NCBI GenBank assembly: GCA_934725685.1
Contig: CAKVBX010000001.1
Location: 7,753 to 71,752 of the forward strand
Source of the DNA: an uncultured Bacilli bacterium
GTDB lineage: Bacteria > Bacillota_I > Bacilli_A > RFN20 > CAG-288
Direction: 5' to 3'
DNA length: 64,000 bases
Under the pieces are notes generated by a model that ran no database searches, was not told where the DNA came from, and saw nothing but the letters and a program-made list of their open reading frames with translations. Each line of letters opens with the position of its first letter. The first letter of the stretch is position 1. The position numbers and the translations under genes are program-made. This document shows, one piece after another, positions 16,377 to 25,631 of this stretch.

Positions 16377-18737
16377 TTATGCAAGCGTATGATAATTTCC
16401 TAAAATCAGACCATAGTTGCAGACGCCCTTCAGGGTAGAAGGATTCTGAGGATTGGAAGACTGGGCAGCGCCATTGATGGTGCAGGCGAGTGTTCCGTTC
16501 TTCTGAAAGACTTCGTTCGGCTGAGCAGACAGAGAAGAGACATCCATGCCGAGAGCGCTCAACAAGACGTATTTGCTATCGGCAAGCATGTACTGATTGT
16601 TGGCACCAGGGGCAAGAACCGCATAGTGAGGCTTGTCGGCATCATCAAGAAGACGGAACGTCATTTCATTGGCAGTTGAGGCATAAGCGAGGTTGTTTCC
16701 GAAATCCGTGGAAGTCAGGCTATCGACATAAGCCATGACATTCTGAGCATTTTGTTCCTGTGCCATGGCCATGGCCTTCTGGAAGACTTCGTCTCTTCCG
16801 TCCAGTGTGGAATAAGCTGTCTTTCCACCTATTGTAACATTGACATAGGCACCGCCTTTATCGACAGGGAGATCGATGGACTCACCATTTTCAGGAAGAG
16901 AGACCATCCAGAAATCGAACTTGGAAACAGAATCCGCACCATTGGTTTCACTCTTGAGGAAGGAAGTGGAGCACTGGAGATTGAAGAGCTGATCAACCGT
17001 CTTCAGATTGGAAGCGATGGCACTGGCGCCATTGTAAGCATCGAACCAGCCACCCTTTCCTTCGGTATAGTTGGAAAGAACCGTGGAGGCATCAATGTTG
17101 ACAAAGGTATGGGCAAGAGCGGAAAGATCCGTCGGATAGGCAGGGAGCTCTTCGGTGAGCGGATTGAGGAAGAGAAGCGGTCCGCCCGTCTTCATCATTT
17201 CAGAATGATTGATGGTCATATTTCCATTGCCGTAGACATAGACTGCAGAATTGAAGAGGTCACGGAAACGACTGTTGTTGATGGCGATATCGCAGGTATA
17301 CCATCCACCGTCAACCTTCTCATTGTGGCCTTCGATCATGACAGGAATATAGACCTTAGAGGCGATAATATTGTCTAACGTAGTCGAGACGGATGTCTTG
17401 ACGAACATCGGCCCGCCTTCGGTGATGTCACTTTCGGCGCTGACGCCCATGTTGCCGCTCATTTCGAGATCCTGAATTTTGAGCTGACAAGAGGTAGGGT
17501 CGACACCATCTTCAAAAGAAGAGTAGAAGAAAGAAGCATGGGAAGAAATCGGTTTGCCGGCTTCCTGCTTCTCACCGGTAGAAGAATCCGTAAGGATATA
17601 AGGGAAAGCATCTTTGCTTTCCTTGTTGTCGTCAAGCATCAAACGATGGCAATTACCATAGATAGCAACTTTTTCATCGTTCTCCGTGAACTTGTGATCG
17701 ACAAGACCAATCCAATCCTTGAGAGAACCAGCGACGGATTTATCGGTCGCTTCACCCTCTTTCCAAAGGTAGATTTCCGGAAGGTCACTCTTGTGGAAAG
17801 TGATGTCATTCTGGAAAACAAGCCCATTGGTATCAGGGAGGTTGTTATCCGTCTTGAACTTTTTAATCTGTTCATTATAAGCGGAACCGAAGTCACCGCA
17901 GTTCAAAGAATTATTAAGTGCAAAGACATCAATTGCCTTCGATACATTGTAAGCAGAGACAACATTCATCGTGTAGGTGATGGTTTTGTCCAATTCAGGA
18001 TTACTAAGTGTGAGTGTATAGACGCCTTCGATGCTGTTCTTGAATTTGACAAGTCCGTTCTTCTTCAGGTTTTCAAGATCCTCGAGGGCATTCTCGAGTT
18101 CGATCTTTTCTCCAGCTTCATTCGTTAAGGCAAACATCGTTCCATCCGGAATTTCCTTACGGGAAACGATATCCATCGGATCATCAGGATTGATGCCCGT
18201 GATGGTAGGAAGGAGCTCGACTGCATTCTCATTGCCGATATAGTATTTACCGGCCTTGATGAAGTCGTTCTCATACTTTCCGCTTGTGGGATCGGAGAGC
18301 TTGTCATTGCCAGCAGTGGAAACAGTTCTCGTATAGTTTTCATCAGCAATCCAGTCGTTGAGTTCGTACTCAACATCGATGACCTTATAGTCAAGCGTTG
18401 CCTTGAAAGTGTCATCACCGGTCTTGTACTGGACTTCGAACGACTTCTTATCCGTGAGGGCAGAAGTATCGATGGCGGTATAAGTGATGGAATCCTTATT
18501 TTCAGAAGCCTTCAAAACAGAGATGACTTCCTTTGCAGCATTGTAGGTATAAATAGAAAGTTTGGAATAATCAGGTTCGGTATGGATCGTGTAGGTGGTA
18601 GCAATGCTGTTCTCAACAATGCCGATGGAACGGATGACTTTATCCTGTTCGCTGGTTGGATCATCATGGCAAGAGGCCAGGGATACAGAAGACATCAGCA
18701 TGACAACAGCTAAGATAGATAAGCTTCTTTTTTTCAT
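16377..18737 (-). CDS. large surface lipoprotein (786 aa), unknown function, possible beta-helix fold
   Basis: Lipobox VSLAS-C. Asn/Gly-rich segments (NNSLNCGDFG, IAINNSRF, VYVYGNGNMTINHSE) are reminiscent of parallel beta-helix proteins. Stop lies 4 nt from the next gene's start. Confidence 0.55.
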   Translation of the reverse strand: MKKRSLSILAVVMLMSSVSLASCHDDPTSEQDKVIRSIGIVENSIATTYTIHTEPDYSKLSIYTYNAAKEVISVLKASENKDSITYTAIDTSALTDKKSFEVQYKTGDDTFKATLDYKVIDVEYELNDWIADENYTRTVSTAGNDKLSDPTSGKYENDFIKAGKYYIGNENAVELLPTITGINPDDPMDIVSRKEIPDGTMFALTNEAGEKIELENALEDLENLKKNGLVKFKNSIEGVYTLTLSNPELDKTITYTMNVVSAYNVSKAIDVFALNNSLNCGDFGSAYNEQIKKFKTDNNLPDTNGLVFQNDITFHKSDLPEIYLWKEGEATDKSVAGSLKDWIGLVDHKFTENDEKVAIYGNCHRLMLDDNKESKDAFPYILTDSSTGEKQEAGKPISSHASFFYSSFEDGVDPTSCQLKIQDLEMSGNMGVSAESDITEGGPMFVKTSVSTTLDNIIASKVYIPVMIEGHNEKVDGGWYTCDIAINNSRFRDLFNSAVYVYGNGNMTINHSEMMKTGGPLLFLNPLTEELPAYPTDLSALAHTFVNIDASTVLSNYTEGKGGWFDAYNGASAIASNLKTVDQLFNLQCSTSFLKSETNGADSVSKFDFWMVSLPENGESIDLPVDKGGAYVNVTIGGKTAYSTLDGRDEVFQKAMAMAQEQNAQNVMAYVDSLTSTDFGNNLAYASTANEMTFRLLDDADKPHYAVLAPGANNQYMLADSKYVLLSALGMDVSSLSAQPNEVFQKNGTLACTINGAAQSSNPQNPSTLKGVCNYGLILGNYHTLA

Positions 18738-19119
18738 AATAATAAAATCTCCTCAAATGATTTCTTATCACCTATGAAACAAATCAGTGTATTTTTTCTC
18801 TCATAGTAAAATTGTGCCATAGGCTTCAGTATTTTACCACGGAAGAAGGTAAACCGATAAGAAAGCGCTTAAGCAAGAAGAATTCATACATTTCTAAAAA
18901 AATTGTCGTATTTTGACTCTATGATATTTTTCCAAGTATTGAAATGGCGGAACAATAAGAAACCCGCATCCAAGTCGGCTGTAAGTTTCAATTCTTAAAA
19001 ATCCGGATGATTTCCAATATCAAGTCGGCAGTAAAAACACTTTCTCAGCGATGGCAGATTCATGTATTTTCTCTTGGATACAGAAAAGTCGGTCCGAATT
19101 TAGTAAAGAGGTTATTAAA

Positions 19120-19618
19120 GTGTACTTCAAAAGAAAAATCGATAGTATCTTAGACCAATAGCTTAAAAAAAGAAAAGAATCCTGCTCTGATTGTCAGCAT
19201 TCGCCAATGCGGAAAAACAGAAAGTGTCGAAGAGTTTACAAAACGCAACGGCCACACTTATCGAAGTCAATTTCTGGACTAACCCCGAATACATTCGCAA
19301 TTTTGATGGAAGTCTCAACGTCGACACTTTGGTTTCAAACCTCTCCTTACGTTTTCCAAACGAAACAATAGAACCCGGAAAAACACTTCTCTTCTTTGAC
19401 GAAATAGAAGAATGAAAAAGAGCAAGATCGTCATGAAGAACAAAGAACACTACGGAAAGACACGGCTGATCAAAATCGGAGACTACAACATCTCCGAAGA
19501 GAATGACATCATCACCATCCCGCTCTATATGACCTTTGCAATCGAAAAAAACCAATCGAGAAGATTTCTGATCCTATTCGAAGATAAACACAAAGCCAGA
19601 AAACGCTCTTTTTCTTAG
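19120..19618 (+). pseudogene. degenerate AAA-ATPase gene (COG1373 / AAA_14 + DUF4143-like), broken by stops and frameshifts
   Basis: GTG at 19120 with RBS AAGAGG, then MYFKRKIDSILDQ-stop. Downstream fragments in other frames read ...TLLFFDEIEE (Walker-B-like) and IKIGDYNISEENDIITIPLYM (C-terminal DUF4143-like). No intact Walker A. Confidence 0.45.
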
Positions 19619-19662
19619 AAAGTACGATGACGTACGCCTTTACTTTCCTTTATAATAGAGTT

Positions 19663-20226
19663 ATGGCCAACGAACTTACGAAGAAAGCCTTGGCAGAAGC
19701 CTTCCTGAAGCTTCTGTCCACGAAGCCTTTCAAAAAGATCACCATCAGCGACATCACGGAAGAATGCGGAGTCAACCGCATGACTTTCTATTATCATTTC
19801 GAAGACATCTACAGCCTGGTCCAGTATTGTCTCACCTCAAAAGCGAAAGCCTACCTCACAGGAAAATGTGAGGCAGACACCTGGATGGAAGGCATGGAGA
19901 GCGTCTTTTGTCTCTGCCTGGAGAACAAGACCCTTCTGATCAACGCATACCGCTTCAATTCCAGAGGAGAAGTCGAGAAAATCCTCGATCCCTTCGTCTA
20001 CCAGATGACTTACCATGTCGTCACGGAAGAAGCAAAGGGACACAACGTCAAGGAAGAAAACCTCGTCTTTGTCGCCAACTGTTACAAACACCTTCTGATG
20101 GGAACGGTCTTAGACTGGATCAACGATTCCATGCAGACTGATTACCATATTATTCTGAAGAAAATAGAAACGATGCTCTCGGGAGAGACCGAGTGGATTC
20201 TTTCCAAATTCGAAGAGGCCGAATGA
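19663..20226 (+). CDS. TetR/AcrR-family transcriptional regulator
   Basis: N-terminal HTH FKKITISDITEECGVNRMTFYYHFEDIY. Start chosen at MANELTKK. Confidence 0.75.
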   Translation: MANELTKKALAEAFLKLLSTKPFKKITISDITEECGVNRMTFYYHFEDIYSLVQYCLTSKAKAYLTGKCEADTWMEGMESVFCLCLENKTLLINAYRFNSRGEVEKILDPFVYQMTYHVVTEEAKGHNVKEENLVFVANCYKHLLMGTVLDWINDSMQTDYHIILKKIETMLSGETEWILSKFEEAE

Positions 20227-20391
20227 GGACTGCAGACTGCGGTCCTCTTTTTTATCACTTTTCTCTTTCTGATAAAAAACACTACAGTTTTTCTTTGGTG
20301 ACGAAAACTTTATCAGAGCAGATTTTCTGTCTATTTTCTATTTTTCTGACACCCTCTAGAATAGGGGCATACGGAATAGGAGGACAGAAAA

Positions 20392-22173
20392 ATGTATTAT
20401 TCCAGTGGTACTTATGAAGCATTCGCCCATCCTGAGAAGCCCAAGGATGCGGAAAAGAAATCGGCATATATTGTCGGTTCTGGGCTTGCCGGACTCTCTG
20501 CAGCCTTCTATCTCGTCCGCGACGGACAGGTAGACGGAAAGAAGATCCACATTTTGGAAGTTTTGCCTCGCTCCGGCGGATCCTGCGACGGATATCACGA
20601 CATCAACAAAGGATTCTATATGAGAGGCGGAAGAGAAATGGACAACCATTTCGAGTGCATGTGGGACATGTATCGTGACGTCCCCTCCATCGAGACGGAA
20701 GGAGTCTCCGTCCTCGACGAATACTATTGGCTCAACAAGCACGATCCCAACTACTCTCTCTGCCGTGCGACCGTCAACTGCGGACAGGATGCCCATACGG
20801 ACAACAAGTTCAATCTCGACAAAGAAGCCCAGAGAGAACTCCTCAAGCTCTATCTGACTCCGGAAAAGGATCTCGAAGACAAGAAAATTTCAGAGTGCTT
20901 CGACGATCACTTCTGGAAGAGCAACTTCTGGCTCTACTGGCAGACTATGTTCGCATTCCAGAGATGGTCCAGTGCCCTCGAAATGAAGCGTTACATCCAG
21001 CGCTATGTCCATCACATCGACGGACTTCCGGATTTCAGCGCACTCCGTTTCACCAAATACAATCAGTATGAATCCATGATTCTCCCACTCGAGAAATATC
21101 TGAGAGAACACGGCGTCTGCTTCGACTTCGGTGTCCGTGTGACGGACGTCAAGATCGAACATCAGGGGAATAAGACCCTCGCCACCTCCTTCGCCTACGA
21201 AAAGGACGGTGAAGAGCACGTTCAGAGCCTCACAGAAGATGACCTGCTCTTTGTCACAAACGGATGCTGCACCGATGTCTCCTGCTATGGAGACAACGAT
21301 ACCGCTCCGGACCTCACCGCAGTCCGTCCCAATATCGGAGACGGATGGAACCTCTGGGAGAAGATTGCCGCCCAGGGAAAGGAATTCGGAAATCCGAAGG
21401 CCTTTGCCTCCAACCCGGAAGAGACTAACTGGATGTCCGCTTCCGTCCTGACCAAGAATCCGGAAATCATCGCTCTCATCAAGAACATCTGCAAGAGAGA
21501 TCCACTCTCCGGCAGAGTCACAACCGGTGGCATCGTCACAGTCAAGGACTCCTTCGACAACTGGGCCCTTTCCTGGACCATCAACCGTCAGCCGCAGTTC
21601 AAGGAGCAGCCTGACGGAAGCGTCATCGTCTGGCTCTATTCCCTCAACACCAACAAACCCGGCAACTATGTCAAGAAAGCGATGAGAGAATGCACCGGAA
21701 GAGAAGTCGCAAAAGAATGGCTCTATCACATCGGTGCAAAGAAAGAGGATATCGAAAGACTCAGCGGCGAGTGCAATACGACCACCTGCTATATGCCTTA
21801 CATCAACGCATTCTTCCAGCCGAGAAAGAACTCGGACCGTCCACTCGTCGTTCCTAAGGGATGCGTCAACCTCGCTTTCTTAGGTCAGTTTGCCGAGACC
21901 CCACGTGACACCATCTTCACGACCGAGTATTCCATCCGTACCGGCATGGAAGCCGTCTACACCCTGATGAATATCGACAGAGCCGTTCCGGAAGTCTGGG
22001 GTTCTGTCTATGATGTCAGAGAAATGCTCCGTGCTGCCTATTACGCCTTAGACAAGAAGAAGATTCTTGATTCCGACCTCAGTTGGAAGGAGAAGATTGT
22101 CTTAAAGAAAGTCCTCTCTTCCATCAAAGACACCGATATCGAGCTTTGGCTGAAAGAGTCCAAGCTGATATAG
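20392..22173 (+). CDS. ohyA: oleate hydratase (MCRA family, FAD-dependent)
   Basis: 593 aa. N-terminal SAYIVGSGLAGLSAAFYLVRDG (FAD fold), GGREMDNHFECMWDMYRDVPS, and overall collinearity with MCRA oleate hydratases. Confidence 0.85.
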   Translation: MYYSSGTYEAFAHPEKPKDAEKKSAYIVGSGLAGLSAAFYLVRDGQVDGKKIHILEVLPRSGGSCDGYHDINKGFYMRGGREMDNHFECMWDMYRDVPSIETEGVSVLDEYYWLNKHDPNYSLCRATVNCGQDAHTDNKFNLDKEAQRELLKLYLTPEKDLEDKKISECFDDHFWKSNFWLYWQTMFAFQRWSSALEMKRYIQRYVHHIDGLPDFSALRFTKYNQYESMILPLEKYLREHGVCFDFGVRVTDVKIEHQGNKTLATSFAYEKDGEEHVQSLTEDDLLFVTNGCCTDVSCYGDNDTAPDLTAVRPNIGDGWNLWEKIAAQGKEFGNPKAFASNPEETNWMSASVLTKNPEIIALIKNICKRDPLSGRVTTGGIVTVKDSFDNWALSWTINRQPQFKEQPDGSVIVWLYSLNTNKPGNYVKKAMRECTGREVAKEWLYHIGAKKEDIERLSGECNTTTCYMPYINAFFQPRKNSDRPLVVPKGCVNLAFLGQFAETPRDTIFTTEYSIRTGMEAVYTLMNIDRAVPEVWGSVYDVREMLRAAYYALDKKKILDSDLSWKEKIVLKKVLSSIKDTDIELWLKESKLI

Positions 22174-22186
22174 TAACCCCAATGGA

Positions 22187-22218
22187 AAATCCCGCATCCG
22201 AAGAGAATGCGGGATTTT
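22187..22218. terminator. bidirectional terminator
   Basis: AAAATCCCGCAT-CCGAAGAGA-ATGCGGGATTTT. Confidence 0.75.
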
Positions 22219-22241
22219 CTCATTTCTGTTTTCCTCCGATT

Positions 22242-23177
22242 TCAGTTTCCCAAGAAATGTTCGACGATGGTCTCAGCGTAAAGTTCACCGAGTCGGACCA
22301 TAGAGGCGGAATCGAAATGCCAATAGTCCGGATTCCCGGTCGGCTCATTTTTGTATTCGAGTCCGAGTTCCCGGACGTCGAGATAATAACAGTTATCATC
22401 TTCGTCAGCAATTCTCGTTTTCTGTTCGTTCACAAAATCTCCATATGTGATGACAGGATTATCCGTAAGTCCCATATCGACAAAGCCGATGCCTCCTTCC
22501 GGAGTATAATCCTCGAGTTCCTCTCTCATATCATGAAGCATGTTGCTTTCGTTTTCATAATACTTGGAATAGGCGGCGCTTGTCGCATCGGCTTCCCCCT
22601 GGGAAAAACAGATGGCACGGACCTTCGGTTCCAGTCCCTGTTGTCTCAGAAGCTCCAGCTGTTCGATGGTGTAATCCATCGCATCCCGGTAGAGCATTCC
22701 CATCATTCCTCCGGTATAGCCGTGCCACTCCTGATATAGGTTCGTGGAACCCTTGGCATATTTGATCATATAGACCATCTTCTGCTTCTGATGGAAATAG
22801 GAAGCCATGCCAAGTTCCGGACCGATATGACTTGTCGTTCTTCCCTGGCCGACCTTTGCAGGAACAAATTGTTTCTTCGAAGAATTTCCGTTATACGTGC
22901 ACTCATAGGAAATCAGCACATCCTCATATCCTCTGTTGAACTCCAGCGTCCTGTCTTTCCCAACCGATGAGACAAGATACTGAGACCAGGTATGTCCTTC
23001 CATATTGGACTGCCCGTAAAGAAGGACGACATCCACGGAAGTATCCTTTTCTTCCGTCACCGTCTCTGTGATTTCCGGTGTCTCGGTCGGCTTTTCCGTA
23101 CTCTTCTGAGTCTCCGAGGCATCTCCGCATCCAGATAACAGCAAAACAGCAGCAAGTGATAACAGCTTCTTTTTCAT
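22242..23177 (-). CDS. SASA/DUF303-family carbohydrate esterase lipoprotein (sialate O-acetylesterase-like)
   Basis: Lipobox LLLSG-C. GQSNMEG catalytic-Ser motif. Start at MKKKLLS with RBS GAAGGAG. Confidence 0.6.
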   Translation of the reverse strand: MKKKLLSLAAVLLLSGCGDASETQKSTEKPTETPEITETVTEEKDTSVDVVLLYGQSNMEGHTWSQYLVSSVGKDRTLEFNRGYEDVLISYECTYNGNSSKKQFVPAKVGQGRTTSHIGPELGMASYFHQKQKMVYMIKYAKGSTNLYQEWHGYTGGMMGMLYRDAMDYTIEQLELLRQQGLEPKVRAICFSQGEADATSAAYSKYYENESNMLHDMREELEDYTPEGGIGFVDMGLTDNPVITYGDFVNEQKTRIADEDDNCYYLDVRELGLEYKNEPTGNPDYWHFDSASMVRLGELYAETIVEHFLGN

Positions 23178-23295
23178 GCTGAACTCCTTCCTGATAGGAA
23201 CATCGTTTTTCATTATAAGCTGAAAGCGCTTTTTTCAATGCAGCCGAAACAACTTTATTTTTAACACAAAAAGGAGGCCTGAGCCTCCCCTATTT

Positions 23296-24921
23296 TCAGT
23301 CGCCTTCCACGACAAGTGCTTCATAGGGACGAAGCGCTGATACTATTCTCTCCTGATAGTTATGAAGCAAGACCTTACCCACAGAGAACGGAAGGTCAAG
23401 CGATTCCTCCTTTCCGCCCATGTTCACAATGACATAGACGGCTTTATCGTTCCACTTTCTTTCATAAACGAACAGATTATCGTTCTTGACATCGATGGGA
23501 CGGAAGTCACCATAGACAAAGACGTCGGAATATTCCTTTGACTTACGGAGAGCAATCATGCGCTTATAGTAGGAAAGGACGGAGTCAGGATCTTTCGCTT
23601 CCTTTTCCGCATTGATGGAAGGATAATTCGGATTGACAAAGAACCAAGGCTTGGCCCCTTTGTTGAATCCGGCATTGACCTGAGCATTCCACTGCATCGG
23701 CGTACGGTTGTTGTCTCTCCCCTCTTTGTTGCAGGCTTCCAGGAATTCCCGCTCGGTGAGAACCTTATCGCGGAGAACGAGATCCCTATAATTTCCTTTG
23801 ATTTCGACATCATCATAATCTTCGACACGGTCGATTCTGATGTTAGTCATGCCGAGTTCCTGTCCCTGATAAATGAAGGGGGTTCCCTTAAGGAAGAAAT
23901 ACAGGGTTGCGATTTCCTTAGCCGACTCCAGGGGATAACGAAGTGGATCTCCGAACTTGTTGACGGCACGGACCAAATCATGATTCTCGATGAAAAGGGC
24001 ATTCCATGACTTCCCATTGAGACCAAGCTGATATTTCGTCCAGATATCACGGGCGACTTTCATATCCATCGGACGCGGAGTGAACTTCCCATGCTTGTCC
24101 TTCGAACTCCAATCGCTGGTGTAATCCGTCACTTCGAATTGGAAGACCATGTTAAGTTCTTCCCGGCTCGGAAGCGTGAAATCGATGGCTTTGTCCAGAT
24201 CACCCCAGGCCTCACCGACAGTCACGGCATCATATTTTCCGAAGGAGTTGCGGTTGAGGGCATGCACTTTCTCATGAAGCGTCGGACCATATCCATAAAT
24301 ATCCCTATCGATTTCCTTGCCAATCAGATGGATGACATCAAAGCGGATACCACGGACCCCTTTCTCCATCCAGAAGTTGATGGCTGCCGTGATTTCCTCA
24401 AGAATCTTCGGATTTTCCCAGTTGAGGTCCGGCTGTCCGACCGCGAACTCATGGAAATAATACTGTCCCGCTTCCTCATCATATTGCCAGGCGCTTCCAC
24501 CGAAGCAGGATTGATGATCATTGGTCGGCCGGTCTCTCCAAATATAATAGTCATGATAGGGACTATCCTTGGACTTCTTCGACTCCAAAAACCAGGGGTG
24601 TCTATCGCTGGTATGGTTGGCGACAATATCGATCATGAGATCCATATCGCGCTTTTTCAGTTCCGCAATCAGGGTATCAACATCCTCCATGGTTCCAAAA
24701 AGGGGATTGACGCCGGTATAGTCCTGAACATCATATCCGTTATCCACCATCGGAGAGGGGAAGAAAGGCGTGAGCCAAAGGATATCGACACCTAAGTCTT
24801 TCAGATAATCAAGACGGGAGATGATGCCTTTGATATCGCCGATGCCGTCGTTGTCTGCATCCATAAAACTCTTGGGATAAATCTGATAAACGATTTTGTC
24901 ATGCCACCATTTCTTTTCCAT
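23296..24921 (-). CDS. GH13 alpha-glucosidase (oligo-1,6-glucosidase / trehalose-6-P hydrolase type)
   Basis: KWWHDKIVYQIYPKSFMDADNDGIGDIKGIISRLDYLKDLGVDILWLTPFF is the classic GH13 N-terminus. GH13 motifs throughout. Start at MEKKWW. Confidence 0.85.
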   Translation of the reverse strand: MEKKWWHDKIVYQIYPKSFMDADNDGIGDIKGIISRLDYLKDLGVDILWLTPFFPSPMVDNGYDVQDYTGVNPLFGTMEDVDTLIAELKKRDMDLMIDIVANHTSDRHPWFLESKKSKDSPYHDYYIWRDRPTNDHQSCFGGSAWQYDEEAGQYYFHEFAVGQPDLNWENPKILEEITAAINFWMEKGVRGIRFDVIHLIGKEIDRDIYGYGPTLHEKVHALNRNSFGKYDAVTVGEAWGDLDKAIDFTLPSREELNMVFQFEVTDYTSDWSSKDKHGKFTPRPMDMKVARDIWTKYQLGLNGKSWNALFIENHDLVRAVNKFGDPLRYPLESAKEIATLYFFLKGTPFIYQGQELGMTNIRIDRVEDYDDVEIKGNYRDLVLRDKVLTEREFLEACNKEGRDNNRTPMQWNAQVNAGFNKGAKPWFFVNPNYPSINAEKEAKDPDSVLSYYKRMIALRKSKEYSDVFVYGDFRPIDVKNDNLFVYERKWNDKAVYVIVNMGGKEESLDLPFSVGKVLLHNYQERIVSALRPYEALVVEGD

Positions 24922-24983
24922 AAATTTCTCCTGTTTCCATGAAATCACTTCCCGACTATCATAGAGAAAGAGGCTAGATTAGT

Positions 24984-25631
24984 CTACCCCTGCTTCTTCT
25001 TTTTCCGTATTTCTTTGATGCCATCCACTAGAGAATAGAGGGTGACACCAATCAGGATCATTAAAATAAACACCGTGATAAGAATGAAAAGGATGATGCG
25101 GTTCCAATCAAATCCTTGGGAAAATACAAGCAAAGTATTAGTAAATGTAATCAAGGTATATCCTGTGCTTGTCATTGAGACAATCATAATTTGTCTATCA
25201 AAGATGTTATGTGTTTTTCCATAGTCGAGGCACTTTTTTCCAAAGGTGATGCACTTCACGACCAACAAGACAAAGAGAACGATGGCAGGAACATTGGAAA
25301 GCTTCACCGGCTCCTGAAGTTTTGCCAGAAGATAAAGGGCATAGGATAGAGAGAGGGTGATGACAAGAAGAGTGACGGAATTGAAGATGAATGCTTTTCC
25401 CGTCGGTTCAATCCCATACTTCATTTTTCTGTATTCCTCCGCAAAAATGATCGTTCGCACAATGAGAAGAAGAAAATAATAGAAACTGATGCATTCATTC
25501 CAGATGGCGTCATAAAAAATACCTGTGATACCGTTATAAAGGGATAATGTCAGCGAGACGATGACACTGGCAAGATAGTTGAAAAGAACTTTCCGATCCT
25601 TCCGAAACAGGGATTTGGCCATACTAAGCAT
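24984..25631 (-). CDS. polytopic membrane protein, unknown function
   Basis: 215 aa, ~6 TM helices. Start overlaps the stop of the HD gene by 8 nt. Confidence 0.5.
   Translation of the reverse strand: MLSMAKSLFRKDRKVLFNYLASVIVSLTLSLYNGITGIFYDAIWNECISFYYFLLLIVRTIIFAEEYRKMKYGIEPTGKAFIFNSVTLLVITLSLSYALYLLAKLQEPVKLSNVPAIVLFVLLVVKCITFGKKCLDYGKTHNIFDRQIMIVSMTSTGYTLITFTNTLLVFSQGFDWNRIILFILITVFILMILIGVTLYSLVDGIKEIRKKKKQG

Noticed and set aside
20890-21729. 279-aa ORF antisense to the oleate hydratase
   Set aside because: It lies entirely within a confidently identified gene on the opposite strand. It is a frame shadow.
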